Below are positions 26,225-39,672 of a DNA stretch of 64,000 nucleotides, piece by piece (the first letter of the stretch is position 1; every line of letters begins with the position of its first letter). The notes under the pieces are model-generated. The model was not told the DNA's origin. It worked only from the letters and a program-made list of their open reading frames with translations, and ran no database searches. This DNA comes from Octopus sinensis (taxonomy: Eukaryota): contig NC_043005.1 of assembly GCF_006345805.1 (NCBI RefSeq), forward strand, positions 79,608,001 through 79,672,000. Direction: 5' to 3'. Both the position numbers and the translations under genes were made by a program.

Positions 26225-26605
26225 AAAACTTACTTCCCCAAAGTCCATCCCCTCCTCGCCGTGATGGGGACGCTGACAACGGGTAGTGTCAGAGCTATGC
26301 TGTCGGGAACTTCAGTTCCTGGTAGGGCCACCCAAAGCGGATTGGTCTGATACCGAGTGGTATTAGGACCACAACCTGGCAGACGGGTCTCTGGTGAAGA
26401 TCCTCGGAGTGTATGTTTCGGCAACCGGCGGCTCCTTGGTCATTCTGTCGCTGCGTTTCCAGACAATCTGCGGCAAACTGGATGTCTCTACATGCGGGAT
26501 TGTTGGGGACCGCTTGTGAAATCCACATATTCCCACGAAACTTCTTCCATAGAAGAAGCCGACTCAACCCGCCCAGGGTGAATGTCGCCACAAGTACCAG
26601 TAAGT
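26225..26605 (-). repeat. Unclassified GC-richer interspersed repeat, probably retroelement-derived; second copy 61140-61350
   Basis: Shared block gaccaatccgc(t/c)ttgggtggccctaccaggaact(g/a)aagttcccg...gcatagctctgacact in both copies. Confidence 0.6.
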
Positions 26606-27584
26606 AAGTAAAAGCTTGCTTGTTAGATTAATATAAACAGGCCAGAAACATTCATGAAGGATATTTCATACACTATGTCATCAAGTTCCTTGCCCAAAGA
26701 TGCTTAAAATTTGTATAGCTCTTTTCCATATATATTTACAATATTGCACAGATGTATTAATGATTTATTCAGTAACTCTGAAGTCTGTAAAATTCATAGC
26801 TTTACTATGCATATGGCGTTTTGTCTGCATTATTATCGCATTCATTCAAGTGTAAGATATGCTGCACTGGATCTTCTAATGAAGCTTGGTCGGCAAGTAC
26901 TGCAGAAGTGAAATCTGTTAATATTTGTTTCATTCTTTAGAAAAAAAATAGGCGGGGTTTTTTTTTAATTATATATGTATATATGGTTATAGAATAGACA
27001 TTTAAAATGCAATATCCAAGCTGGTTTGACATCACAAGCGTAACCAATATCAATTATGAGAGAATCTATTACTTCTAGAATGACATAAACTCAGTGCACG
27101 CACCTGAAGACAAGCACACACAAACACACACACACACACACACACATACACAAACACACACACACGCACTCACGTATGTATTTATGCATACATATCTATC
27201 TGTCTATCTATTTATCTAACTCTATGTGTTCGTGTGTATGTACCTATATATTAGTTATTAGCAACAGACGCAATATTAGTAATGAATAGCAATCTGTGCA
27301 TTCAACTTAACATGAATATAATGTAAGAACGCTACTCCGGTATTTTTCTTGAAAAAGCATCTTGTGTAGATATATTGCTTAAAATCACCAAAGTATTACC
27401 AGGGGGTGTAGAAATCATATGATATAGTAGTGTGATTTCTAAGTGCTTGATCATCATCATCAGCAAGCATTATCACTTTCGCAGCATACTACCGAAACTT
27501 CGTCTATATTGTGTGCGTGTGCATATATATATAAAATTATCAAAGTATGGATTTAAGTCCAGATAGGCATAATGTAAGATTCAT

Positions 27585-27845
<261 letters not shown>

Positions 27846-28312
27846 TTGAAGCATTGGGCATGTATCTCATTGTTAGCCGGTGCAGCACGTTCACTGCTTA
27901 TGACTACCTGACGTCATCCACGGTATCTTTACAATTGTTGCTGGATCTACCTCAGGGATTTTTCAGTTTTCTTAGAGTATACACCACATGATTGAGACGG
28001 AAATGGAATATACGAGAAACTTTATTGCTCAGAACGATCGGTTCGACCCATCATGCATAAAAAAACTGTAAAGAATACTGTAAGGCTGGTTGTTATGTAT
28101 CCTTCGGTGCAGAATTATGACGTCGTGTGCCTTTTGAAGGGGTGTCTCTTTAAATAAACCCTGTTTTGTTGGGTTTTAATTCTGCTTGTTTTAGTGGTCG
28201 TAGGCTTTACCGTTTGGGTAGGAATAATGAGTGACAAATTCTGTTGCAATCAATTTTCTCGTGAATTCCATTTTTCGTCCCATTCATTTGTTTTATATAC
28301 ATTTGCGTGTGT

Positions 28313-28352
<40 letters not shown>

Positions 28353-29149
28353 TGTGTGTAATGTGCATATACATCGTGGGATATTATTTACACATATTTA
28401 ATATGAGGACCCTCATGTTGGAAATCTATCCTTTCTTACTTATCTTTTTACGAAGGTATCTCAAGTTCTGTGATCTGCTCTTCACCGGTGCGTCTTATCC
28501 ACTTCAACATAATTCATAACAAGGCCTTGCAGGTAGGACCAATAAAGTCTGAGGGATGATAGTCCGAGCTAAATATTCGAGGAATATTTACGAACTTATT
28601 AGCAGTTTTTACTGGTCACATCATTCTTACAGGACATATGAACGGAGTTTTGTGACGATAAATGTCTATATTTGATAGTCAGTCGAGGAGAGATTATCGA
28701 TCAAATTAGGAATTTGGATACCAGCGTTCTACCGTCTCTCCTGTCTTTAGTGAACAATGGTGCAAACAGCTCGCAATCGGCAAGAATACTGCAAACGTTG
28801 GTGCCGTGAGTAAAGCAAATGTGACAAAAGTACTTTTAAGTAAGCTTTGTAAGGTAAGAAATCAGAAATGTATGCATTCAGAAATACCTTGTCCCACAGT
28901 TATATCATAGCGTCGGAGCTGAAACCAACATTTAGGCTACCACGAAACCAAGAGTAGGAAAGAACTAACTACTGGCAACTTAAACACCTGCAGCGATAGT
29001 GTTAAATGGTTGGATGGAGACAGAGGCATAATGTCAGTCCCGTCGGACTATTGCGCCATTTTCAGTTAGAATACATTGACTGAATATCAAAATGAGAAAT
29101 GAATACAGAGAAAAATAGCATCATGAGATTAGACAAAATCCTGAATAGG

Positions 29150-29565
29150 TACCGTCAGTGTGTACTATTTCATATGAAGCAAGAATAACAGAACTGAAGG
29201 AGAAATACTCATCATACTGCGCTGTCCCCACCGTGCCGACTGCTTCATCTCGGGCAAGGACGATGTACTGCAATAGCTTGGCTTTCAAGGGCACTCAGCT
29301 GTTTAACTGTCTGCCGAAGCATCTGAGGGGCCTCCATGGAGTGGATGTAGACGTTTTCAAACGTGAACTTGACTTCTGGCTCACCGAGATCCCGGATGAG
29401 CCAATATCTAAGCAAGAAACTCAAAAGAGGGCAGTAGCATCGAAATCCATCCTTCACCAAAAGCCGCTCCGACAAAGGTGGAAAGTGGAAAGATGATTAC
29501 AATGGCGGTGCTCCAGCATGGCCACAGTCATTGGACTGAGACATATAAAAGAATAAAAGAATTGC
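29150..29565 (+). mobile_element. CR1-group LINE 3' end (ORF2 C-terminus plus 3' UTR)
   Basis: ISYEARITELK...CNSLAFKGTQLFNCLPKHLRGLHGVDVDVFKRELDFWLTEIPDEP matches the CR1 ORF2 terminal motif; followed by a short UTR and AAAAG(A/T) tail. Confidence 0.8.
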
Positions 29566-31255
29566 AGTAGAAAGGGCATACTAAAACCATTTAAAGAGAG
29601 AGTAACCTCTGCTGGACCTATCATAGTTAGAGAACATTTCATCTAGAACACAACGTCTTTGCTATCCGAAAACAGGAGATACTTATTAAGTAGCTGGTCA
29701 AAAAGAAGAAATGGATATCACTGTATATCGATGGTGCAGTTCCAGTGTAGAATATATCATTCGTATCATCCACTCTCGTATAACACAATTAAAAGGTGGT
29801 GCGTTTTAATGAAAACTACTCCATTATGAAAACTGCTCCATTAATAAAAACTGCTCCATAGAATAATATCTGACCTGATATTGTTCTATGGAGCGGGAAA
29901 CAAATGTCATACACTGTTGAAGAGATCAGCTCGTCAGCAGATCTGAATGCTTCGGTGAAAACTGTAGGGGACGGGTGGGTGTTGGAAGAGAACATCAACA
30001 TTGAATGACAGAGAAACTCCTCTTCTATCCAGGCTGTATATTTTCACTTGTACTTATTATTATAGATGCGCTGTGTTATGAAACAATAGGCATGCGTAAA
30101 AGCCTGGAAATGCTGCCGTTCTCCGAAAGAGCAAAATAAACTGATTCATATTCTACTATTACAATCGAAAAACATTCCAAGAGAAAATCTATAAACTAGA
30201 CATCGGAGCTATAAATTTCTCATTAGAACACAACAGATGTTGTTACTCTAATATTAAATAAGACATTCACATCCGCTGAGCAACTTGGTCTCTGCAACGG
30301 CGTATAGGTTAATACAGCCTATTATACATCTGCATCGCATTGCTGTTTTTTATTGGAATACTCAATAGGCGTTCCTTATTTTTAAAGGTGTTCATAAATC
30401 CTAGTTCCATTGTACCTTCGGCATAGCCATCGGGGAAAACCTGCTTACAGATATATTGTGAATAATTTTAGCAACAATATCATATATCGTTACATTGAGA
30501 GTATTTTTAGGCAACTGCTATGACACAATCGTTATTTTCTCAATGTGGTGGTTTACATGTATCTTAATCTCTGTTATTAACCAGATATTTAACACTTACA
30601 GAGGGAAGCAAACAGATAGAAAAAATAAAAACTGCCACGTTTCTTTTTATGCTTTTTATGCCACGTTTTTTTATGCCACGTTTCTTTTTATGCAGATAGT
30701 CACGTTGACTTCAAAAAGGTGATGTTCTACGTTAATTTATTCATTGATTTATTGATTTCGAATTTCCATCATGATTTGCACTGTTTGAGTTTTGATTTAG
30801 CGTGTATCAACTACACTGTGTGGGTGGGTGTTTTTCTCCTGTCACACTATATATTTCCTGCCCCTGAATAGTGAATGGTAGTCATCTAGATGTGACAGAT
30901 CCAAAAGAGCTTACTTCATCTGTCAACATTGAAGATAAATACCTCTACACGGAAATTTTGAAAACCTATAGGGTAAAAATTGAGCAGCTCTAGAATACTT
31001 TATCCAAATAAACTTCATATTTATAGATTTATAAATGACGTTAATAATGCGCTTGGTTTTTTTTTTCGCTGGTTTATTTTAAATGCTTTAAACGCTTCCA
31101 GATTTTTATGACTTTCAAAACTTCTGAAAACTTCCTTTATCTATGTGTCGACTAGAGTGGAATTAAAAATAACTTTCTTTCTTACATATATATGATACGT
31201 GGCGGGGATACATGTATGTGCTTGTGTATGTGTGTTGAGATGTATGTATGTATGC

Positions 31256-31287
<32 letters not shown>

Positions 31288-31481
31288 AATTAGTAGGTAG
31301 GGGGAGTACACTAGGTAACTATGTACTACATTAGCTTTACACCATTAAGATATATAGATGCTCAGTATTCCTTGTGGTGGGTACTTTTTACCTGTTGTTT
31401 AAAAGTTGATTTTTCGACAGTTATATATATATACAAGTACACATACACATGTACACACGTACACACACATGTATATATGTA

Positions 31482-32799
31482 CTAGCAGGATTGCCCGGAG
31501 TTGCTCGGTGCTGAATTGCTTGAAATTACTGTTAATGATTGCACTGAATTATGATGATTATTCAGGCAAATATTGATATAAGTTTACGGCGAATGAATGT
31601 ATTTGTAAGTGTATAGAAATCCGTGTAAAGGTGTTCCTACCCCCTCGTAGAATGGTGTAAGAATTGAATGTGGGTTGCCTTGAAAAGAGCCATGTTATTG
31701 TTCTCATAATTGTAAGAATTTGATAGTCGTGGAAGGCGGTGTAAAACGTTCGCAGGTGAATAGGGTCTCTTCGTTTTCCACGAACGGCAGCGGATGTGCT
31801 GTTACAAAACTTCATGCTGTGTTAAAAGAGAATGGATGCCCTATGTAGGCAAGAGGGGAATGAACCATGGGTAAGTAAATATGGGTAATTTATAAAATAT
31901 AGAACAATAGCATCTACTCATCATATGTCAGACCGGCAAGACTGTAGTGGTGCTGAATAGATGAATCACAACACAGTGGTGGAGATGTTTTCATGATGGG
32001 CGTTATGATTAAATTTGTTGTATAAAATGATCTGTTGCTTAGTTTCCAAAGTTTAGGATCAATGAGTTTTTGACAGGATAAAGAAAAATGTTGTAGTGAA
32101 GGTATGAGGTTGATAGTGTTATGTTGTCTGTACGGAAATAAAATTGAATTGTTGGTGTGTGTTTGCAATGTGTTCGAATGAGAAAGTAAATTGTGTTTGG
32201 CGCCTTTTTTACTAATAACAAACACACACGTGTGTGTGTGTGTGTTTGAGTGTTTGTATGTAGTTGTTTGAAACGTTTGTGTTTGTCACTGTCATATATG
32301 TATATGTTTGCGTGTCTATGTGTGTGTGTGAGGAGTAAATCGTTATGTATTTATTTTTTCTGTTTCCTCTGTCTTTTTTTAGGAGTGGTTTGCAAAGAGA
32401 AAGTAGATGTATATGTTTGCGTGTCTATGTGTGTGTGTGAGGAGTAAATCGTAATGTATTTATTTTTTTTCTCTGTTTCCTCTCTGTCTTTTTTTTTAGG
32501 AGTGGTTTAAGCATTAATAAGAGAAAGTGGCAGAATGTGTGATGTTGAATGTATTTTTAAGAGTGATAGAAAGAGGATATAAGAGTGGTATACACTTGCA
32601 AAGAGAAAGTAGCAGAAAGAGCTTTATCGAATTTTTGCTTAATTGGGGGTCAAATTGGAAAAATTATATGCCATGACCCAATCGAATCTACTTCGAAAAA
32701 TCATAGCTAAATTCCAATTGAAGAAATTCTATATTGTACAATCGTATAGCAAACAAACATAGTCACAGACAGAGAAAATCTGCCTTTTATAGTATATGA
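31482..32799 (-). mobile_element. Non-autonomous Helitron, about 1.3 kb, with an internal ~115-bp direct duplication (about 32295-32520)
   Basis: 3' end ACCGAGCAACTCCGGGCAATCCTGCTAG|T at 31482; candidate 5' end A|TCATATACTATAAAAGGCAG...CTGTCTGTG at 32799. That both ends belong to one element is inferred. Confidence 0.6.
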
Positions 32800-32802
32800 T
32801 AC

Positions 32803-32903
<101 letters not shown>

Positions 32904-33124
32904 GGGTAGGAAAAAATTATAGAAATTTCTTCTACCAATGGCCTAGTATGTATACAAAGTCAATAGACATATTTTTCATATAAAAATTAGTGTACATTAA
33001 AGTAAAAAGAGGTGAGCCTTAACAGGTTGCTTAACATACTAGAAAGAACAATCAAAAGGTCCAAACTACAGTTTAAGAGCAATTTGGAAGGCAATGAAAA
33101 ATAAAAACATTTACCATATTTTAC

Positions 33125-33196
33125 AGCCGGACCTCAGATTTCGAACTTCAATTAGCAAATAAAATAATTTACAAGGCGAAGTCCTCGTCAGCGGAT
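33125..33196 (-). ncRNA. Type I hammerhead ribozyme motif, intact core (family P3)
   Basis: CCG-CUGACGA (33191-33185), GGACUUC...GAAGUUC stem II, GAAA (33142-33139), UC-UGA-GG stem III, UC|CGG; predicted cleavage between 33130 and 33129. Confidence 0.65.
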
Positions 33197-33349
33197 ACGC
33201 CAAAACATTAATATATTAATTAGAGACCGTTTAATTGGAATTTTTATTCGCTGCCGATTGAATCTGCGCTTGTGCGGAGAATTTGAAGTTCAGAGAGTGT
33301 AAGAAGATCAGAGGGCTTATTTATGTATATATATATATATATATATATA

Positions 33350-33535
33350 ATTTTAATCCAAACGGGAAAAAAAAAAAACAACAACAATGGAACAATTACA
33401 GTATTATTATTAATAGGCGCTCAGGAAATGGAAGCAGGAGGTATGACGTTCGAGCGGAGCTCTTCGTCGGAAACATAAAGAAGGAAGAGAGAGGAAAGAA
33501 AGATCCCAGAGCGGGCAACAGGGATAGAGAAAAAA
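33350..33535 (-). mobile_element. Repeat family P1 copy 4 (hammerhead-like motif 33441-33474)
   Basis: Reverse complement gtttCCGACGAagagctccgctcGAAcgtc|atac; two core lesions. Confidence 0.55.
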
Positions 33536-33886
33536 AACGACTGGTGTTTACGAGTTACACATGGTGAAAGGCGGATGTTTACGATAACAAGAGCAAAGTA
33601 GGTTTTAAAGGCAAAAGAGTGGAGACAAGGTTGGTAACGCAACAGATGTGTGTGTATGTGTGAGTGTGTGCGTGTGCGTGTGTGTATGTGTGTGTGTGAG
33701 GCGAGATAAAAAACAAAAAAATATGTATGTGTTAGTGTGTGCGTCTGTGTGTAGGCGTGTGAGGTAGGGCGAGACGGTGGTCAGCATAGCAGACAAAGGT
33801 CAGTAGTAAGAAAAAAGAAGGAAGGAGGAAGGGAGGGAGGGGAAGGGGTGGGGGCGTTATGTAGCGTGCCAGCGTGTGTTGAGTAG

Positions 33887-33940
<54 letters not shown>

Positions 33941-33972
33941 CACTCATATATGTATATATATATATATATATA

Positions 33973-34010
<38 letters not shown>

Positions 34011-34764
34011 TATACACATATACATACACGTATGTACACACATACAACAGTATCAGTTATTCGTAGGTGCAGTACAGTATTCTTATTAGAGAACGTATAA
34101 GAAAAGAAATAAGAGTAGAATCGAAGTAAGCAACAGAGTTTGAGAGGAGTAGTTTTGTAGAAATGAAAAGGTATATATATTCTGTGTCCTTATATTTTCG
34201 AATAGAGGAGATCAGCTCCACCCAGCACAGCTTCGCATCCACGGACCGATTTCTGGGTTATTGAGCTTTATCATCGTTGACTGAGTTGACGTTGACTAGA
34301 TGTCGCTACTGAACTGCTGTCGGAAGTATATAGATTTTTAAAGTGACACCCAGTCACTGATCTACAGAATAGAAATATTATTATTTCTAAATCTCTTAAA
34401 GAGCAGTTTAGTGGAATCATCTAGACGACCAAGCTACTCCATGCTGATAGAGAGCAATAACCCAGAAATTGCTCTGTGGATTCGAGGCTGTGCTGGGTGG
34501 AGGTGCTGATCTCCACCGTTCGAAAATAGAAGAACACAGAACTTTTTGTGTCATATAGCCAGCTGGAAACCATGTTTCCTGGGGCTAAATAACAGTAACA
34601 TTTGTCCCATCCTGGGACCGCTACATTATGTTCGCAAAAAGCCATTAACTTATGACGCTGCTACTGAATGTCTCTCTTTGAGAGATTTAGAAATAATGTT
34701 TCTATTTTATATATATGTATATATATTCTTTTATTGTTATTATCATTAAACTATTTTATTCTAG

Positions 34765-34985
34765 TAAGATGGCGAGCTGACAGAATCGTTAGCACGCCGG
34801 CCAAAATGCTTAGCAGTATTTCACCCGTCGCTAAGTGCCAAGTTCAAATTCCGCCGAAGTCGATTTTGCCTTTCATCATTTCGGGGGCGATAAATTAAGT
34901 ACCAGTGAAATACTGAGAACGACGTAATCGAGTAGCCCCTTACCACAAAATTTCAGGTCTTGTGTCTATAATGAAAGGATTATTT
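34765..34985 (+). mobile_element. SINE family B
   Basis: Family-B consensus. Confidence 0.8.
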
Positions 34986-36058
34986 TTATTCTATTATATC
35001 ACGCTTCTATAGTAGAAGACACTTGCCCAAATTGCTGTACAATAGGTCTGAACCCAAGACCCCGTGATTGCAAAGCAAGCTTCTTAACTATGCAGCCATT
35101 TATCCTTTTGTTGATATATGCATGTATGTGTACATGCATATTTGTTTATGCGTTTGTGTGTTTATGTGTGTTTTATCTTATCGCATAATGATTTAGTGAT
35201 AAAGATATTGACTTGATATGTATCGACAAAACAACACACTTCACCGATAACTCAATTGGCTTCGTAAACGCCTTCTTGGCAAGTACATTCTCTCAGCGGA
35301 ATAGAATATATATTATTATCTATTTATGTAGTTAATGTTTAACACTTTAGTACAGTAGTAATAAAATAACTATATCAATGTACACACAACTAAATATTGA
35401 TACAGCAGTAAATAACAGGATCATTGTTTTTTATTTCGCCCCCTGTAGACGCTCATCAAAGAGTCGATTAATAAAAGGCGTTCTGGTTGTGGCCATTTTT
35501 ATACGTAATTTTACGAGAATATTAACTAATATAAGCTATCATTTCTTTACTCGATCTTTTCTAGTTTTAATATTAGTATCCATTCATGCGGGGCTTCGCT
35601 TGCCACGGTAAGCTGTGCCAATTCGCAAATGTTTTGGCGTTTGTTTTTCTGGATAATGAAACACTAGTACCTATATAGGGATAACTCCTGTACAGTACCT
35701 TTGTTATTTAATTCAAAGCTGACGATGTCCCTGACCGGCATCCTATAAATTAGTACCATATGTGTGTTGTTTGTTTTTGTTTTCCGTTTTGTTTTTCACC
35801 TTGTTTTCCTTGACCCCTAGGATTCATAAGGCCAGCTATCCAGTTCCCATTGCGTATACATGATGGAGATTACAACCTCATACTCATCCAGAACGTGGTG
35901 CCAATCTGTTGTAGGAATCGAGGCAAACAATTTTAAGAAAAGTGAACAAATCGATTAAAATCACCGAAGTACTTGACGGGCACCGTATTTATTTAACCCC
36001 GAAAGGAGGAAAGGCGAAATTCACCACGGCGGGATTTGAATTCAGAACTTTAAATGTA

Positions 36059-37305
36059 TTGGGTTGACCGGAAATTTCATGCCGATATTTAAAGGAAACA
36101 AAAAGGTCAATGAATACTTGCCATTACTTTTTTAATCAGCCAAATATGAACCATTTTGCTGCACAATGCGTCTCCATCTTTCCTTGTAAATACTCTCTTC
36201 TCAGAATTGAGGTGGATTCATGGCAAAGAATTCATCAAGGTATATTTTTAGGTCGTCCAAGGAATTGAAATTTTTACCATTAAAACTATTCTGCAGAGAC
36301 CTGAATAAGTGGAAATCCGAAGGAGCAATATCTGGTGAATATAGAGGGTGGGGTAACACATCCCAGCCGAGCTGCAGCAATTTTTGTCTGGTTCCCAAAG
36401 AAACGTGCGGTCTTGCATTATCATTTTGGAAAACAACACCCTTCTGTTGGCCAATTCTGGACGTTTCTCTTGAATTACTCGTCTAGTTGTGTGCAGTATT
36501 TCTCAGAATTAATTGTCTAGTTACTTGGGAGAAGGTCATAGTACAGAATTCCTTTCCAATTCCACCATACACAAAGTAAGACTTTTTTAGGGTGAAGACC
36601 CGCTTTTGGGGTAGCTAAGGGTGTCGCTTACTCCAGGATCGTTTTCTCTGAACATTTAGGTAGCTAATCCATTTCTCATCAACTGTCCCAATTTGCTTTA
36701 AAAAAGGTGCGTTTTCATTCCGTTTATAAAGCGAATCACAGATGGAAATGCGATCCAAAAGGTTCTTCTCATTCAACTCATGTGGTACTCATACATCGTA
36801 GTGATTTGTGTACCCAAGCTTTACCAGATGCTCATGAACGACAGATATTGATAGGTTGAGGCTTTCTGCCAATTCTCGGGTTGTGCAATGTAGGTTATTC
36901 TCAATTAATGACTCGATTTGCTCATCATCTGTAGTGGATGGTCTGCCTCATCGTTCTTTATCAATAAAGCTACAATCTCCAGTTCGGAACCTTACGAACC
37001 GCTTCTGTACAGTTTCTTCATATAAAGAAACATCACCGTAAACTGTGCATATTTCTTTCGCATTTTTCCCTTTACGGAAAAGAAAAGCATCAAGTGCCGA
37101 AAATGAACTTTCTTATCTTCCATTTCATAGGCTTACAGAATTAACACATGTTATAGGAACATAAACCTTCTTCCACGAAAAGATAGCTTAAACTGTGCTC
37201 TAAATGGAGGTGTAATCAAATCCTATTTCATGGACTCAGCCCTGTTCTAAAATAAGTCGAAAGGTAAGCTACTGTAAATCTGCACGAACATTCAGGACAA
37301 CCCTA
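36059..37305 (-). mobile_element. Mariner (DD34D) element, near full length, transposase pseudogene; inserted into a SINE B copy
   Basis: TA-flanked TIRs ttgggttgaccggaaa / caggacaacccta; LQLGWDVLPHPLYSPDIAPSDFHLF motif; SINE B halves at ~35925-36056 and ~37308-37345. Confidence 0.9.
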
Positions 37306-37679
37306 TAGGAAGAATTTGTGCTAATCGTTTTGCCAGAATTGCTAACGATTGCGCCATCCGGGCATCTTGTACTACATGAGAGATGTAATATGTAGTTATA
37401 ATTCTAATTAGCAGAATTACAGTATAATTAACGTGCGCTTCAATTTGCTTATAATATCAATTAGTTTAGACACTTTCCTCTCAAAACGGGAAAGTGTACG
37501 CATAATGAACATTGTTTCTCGATCTCAATTAGAATAAAATACATATACAAAGAATAATGAAACGACTGATTTCGTTATGACATCTTTAGTACGAATACAT
37601 GCAAACTAATACGAGCTGAAACACACACGTCCACATGTACACACACACACACACACACACACACGCACGCACACACGCT

Positions 37680-37995
37680 GGCACTCCGGTCTTTACGACA
37701 ACGAGTGTTCCAGTTGATCCGCTAAACGGAACAGCCTGACCGTGAAATTAACGTGCAAGTAGCTGCGGACTCCAAAGACAAACGTAACCCTTAATGTCGT
37801 TCCCAGGGAGTTTCGGCGTGACACAAAATGTGATAAGGCTGGCCCTTTGAATTACAGATATTACGCCTTTTTTTTTTGCGAGCTGAGTAGTCTGGAGCAA
37901 CAAGAAATAGAGTTTCTTGCTGAAGGACACAACGAGCCACCAGGAATCAAATTCATAATCCTTCGATCGTTAGCTGTATACTCTAACCGCTAAGT
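37680..37995 (-). mobile_element. SINE family C, tail type iii (degenerate)
   Basis: Aligns by eye with 24996-25386. Confidence 0.7.
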
Positions 37996-38154
37996 CGAAC
38001 AAATCGGCCCCAGTACGGGCATGGGGACAAAGCAACACTACTAACGGGGTACGAACGCACACACAAAGTCACACAAATACAAATATGCACATACAGTAAT
38101 CTCTCACTATATCGTGGTCCACTTATCGCGGTTTATTATTTAAGCTTACGTCAG

Positions 38155-39365
38155 GCGGGCGGTGAACTGGCAGAATCGTTAGCACGCCGGTCGAAATGCT
38201 TAGCGGTGTTTCGTCTGCCACGACGTTCTCACTTCAAATTATGCCAGGTCGACTTTGTCTTTCATCCTTTCGGGGTCGTTGTAATCGACTAGCCTGCTTC
38301 CCCACAAAAATTTTGAAGGCCTTGTGCCCAAAGTAGAAATATTTTTTAAGCTTACGTCGATTCCTCTGTGATGTTATTTTGCATTTATAATAAAATAAAT
38401 GTATACAAATTATAAAAATAATGGAAAAAATACACAGTACAATACTGTTTCTACTTCGCGGATTTTCACCCATCGCGGAGGGTTTTCGAATGTAACACCC
38501 GCAATAGTCGAGGGATTACTGTATACACAGACAAACATACTTATATTTCTTCTGTCAAGTTCTCTCACAATGTATTGATTGACCCAAGAAACTAGTTGCC
38601 CAAGGTTCCGTGCAGTGGGACTGAAACAAAAAACGAGCTGTTCAACCATACAGTCAGTCTTGCGTCTATATATTGTGTAATTAATTCTTTTATATTAATC
38701 GTTAATCATTAATAAAGCGGCAAGCTGGCGGAATCGTTAGCACGCCGGGTAAAATGTTTAGTGGCACTGCGTCTCTCTAAGTTCTGGGTTCAAATTTCAA
38801 CGAGGCCGCCTTTGCCTTTCATCCTTTCGAAGTTGATCAATAAAGTACCAGTTGTGTACTGAGGTCGATCTAATCGACTGGGCCCTTCCCCCAAATTTCA
38901 GGCCTTGTGCCTATTGTAGAATGGATTAATGAGGCGGCAATCTGGCAGAGTCGTCAGCCTGCCGGGCAAAATCCTTAGCGGCATTGCGTTTGTTTTGACA
39001 TTCTGAGCTCAAATTCCAATGAGGCGACTTTGCCTTTCATCCTGTCGGATATCGATAAATTAAGTAGTAATTGAACACTGGGGTCGATGTAATCGACTAG
39101 CACACTCCCTCCAAATTTCCGGCCTTTAGCCAAGAATTGAAACCAATATTAATCATTAATAAAACGACGAACTGGCACACCGGTTAAAATGTTCAGTGGT
39201 TATTGCGTCTGCATTTACGTTCTGAGTTCAATTTCCACCAATGTCGACTTTGCCTTTCATTTGTTCGGGGGCAATAAAATAAGTACCAGTTAAGCGAACG
39301 GGTCGATGTAATCCACTTACGCCCTTACCCGAATTTGCTGGCCTTGTGTCAAAATTGGAAGCCTA
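38155..39365 (+). mobile_element. SINE family B cluster (about four copies: 38155-38345, then three head-to-tail from 38712)
   Basis: Consensus repeated, with short att/aat-rich spacers. Confidence 0.8.
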
Positions 39366-39392
39366 AGATAATTATTAATATACTTTATTCCA

Positions 39393-39672
39393 TTGTGGTT
39401 AGAGCAGCGGACTCGTAGTCGAGAGATCACGGGTTCGAATATCAGACCGGGCGATGTGTGTGCTTATGAGTGAAACATCTAAGCTCCACGCGCCTCCGGC
39501 AGAAGGTAATGGCGAACTTCTGCTGACACTTTCGCCACAACTTTCTCTTTCCTCCTGCATCTTGCAGCTCACCTGCGACGGACCGGCGTCCCGTCCAGGT
39601 GGGGAACCTATACGTTAAGGAAACCGGGAAACTGGCCCTTATGAGCCAGGTATGGCTCGAGTCGGAACAAAC
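39393..39672 (+). mobile_element. SINE family C, tail type i
   Basis: Aligns with 18430-18736. Confidence 0.8.

Noticed and set aside
28520-28640. Possible CR1 RT remnant (RTNKV*GMIVRA...)
   Set aside because: Too short and degenerate to call without an alignment.
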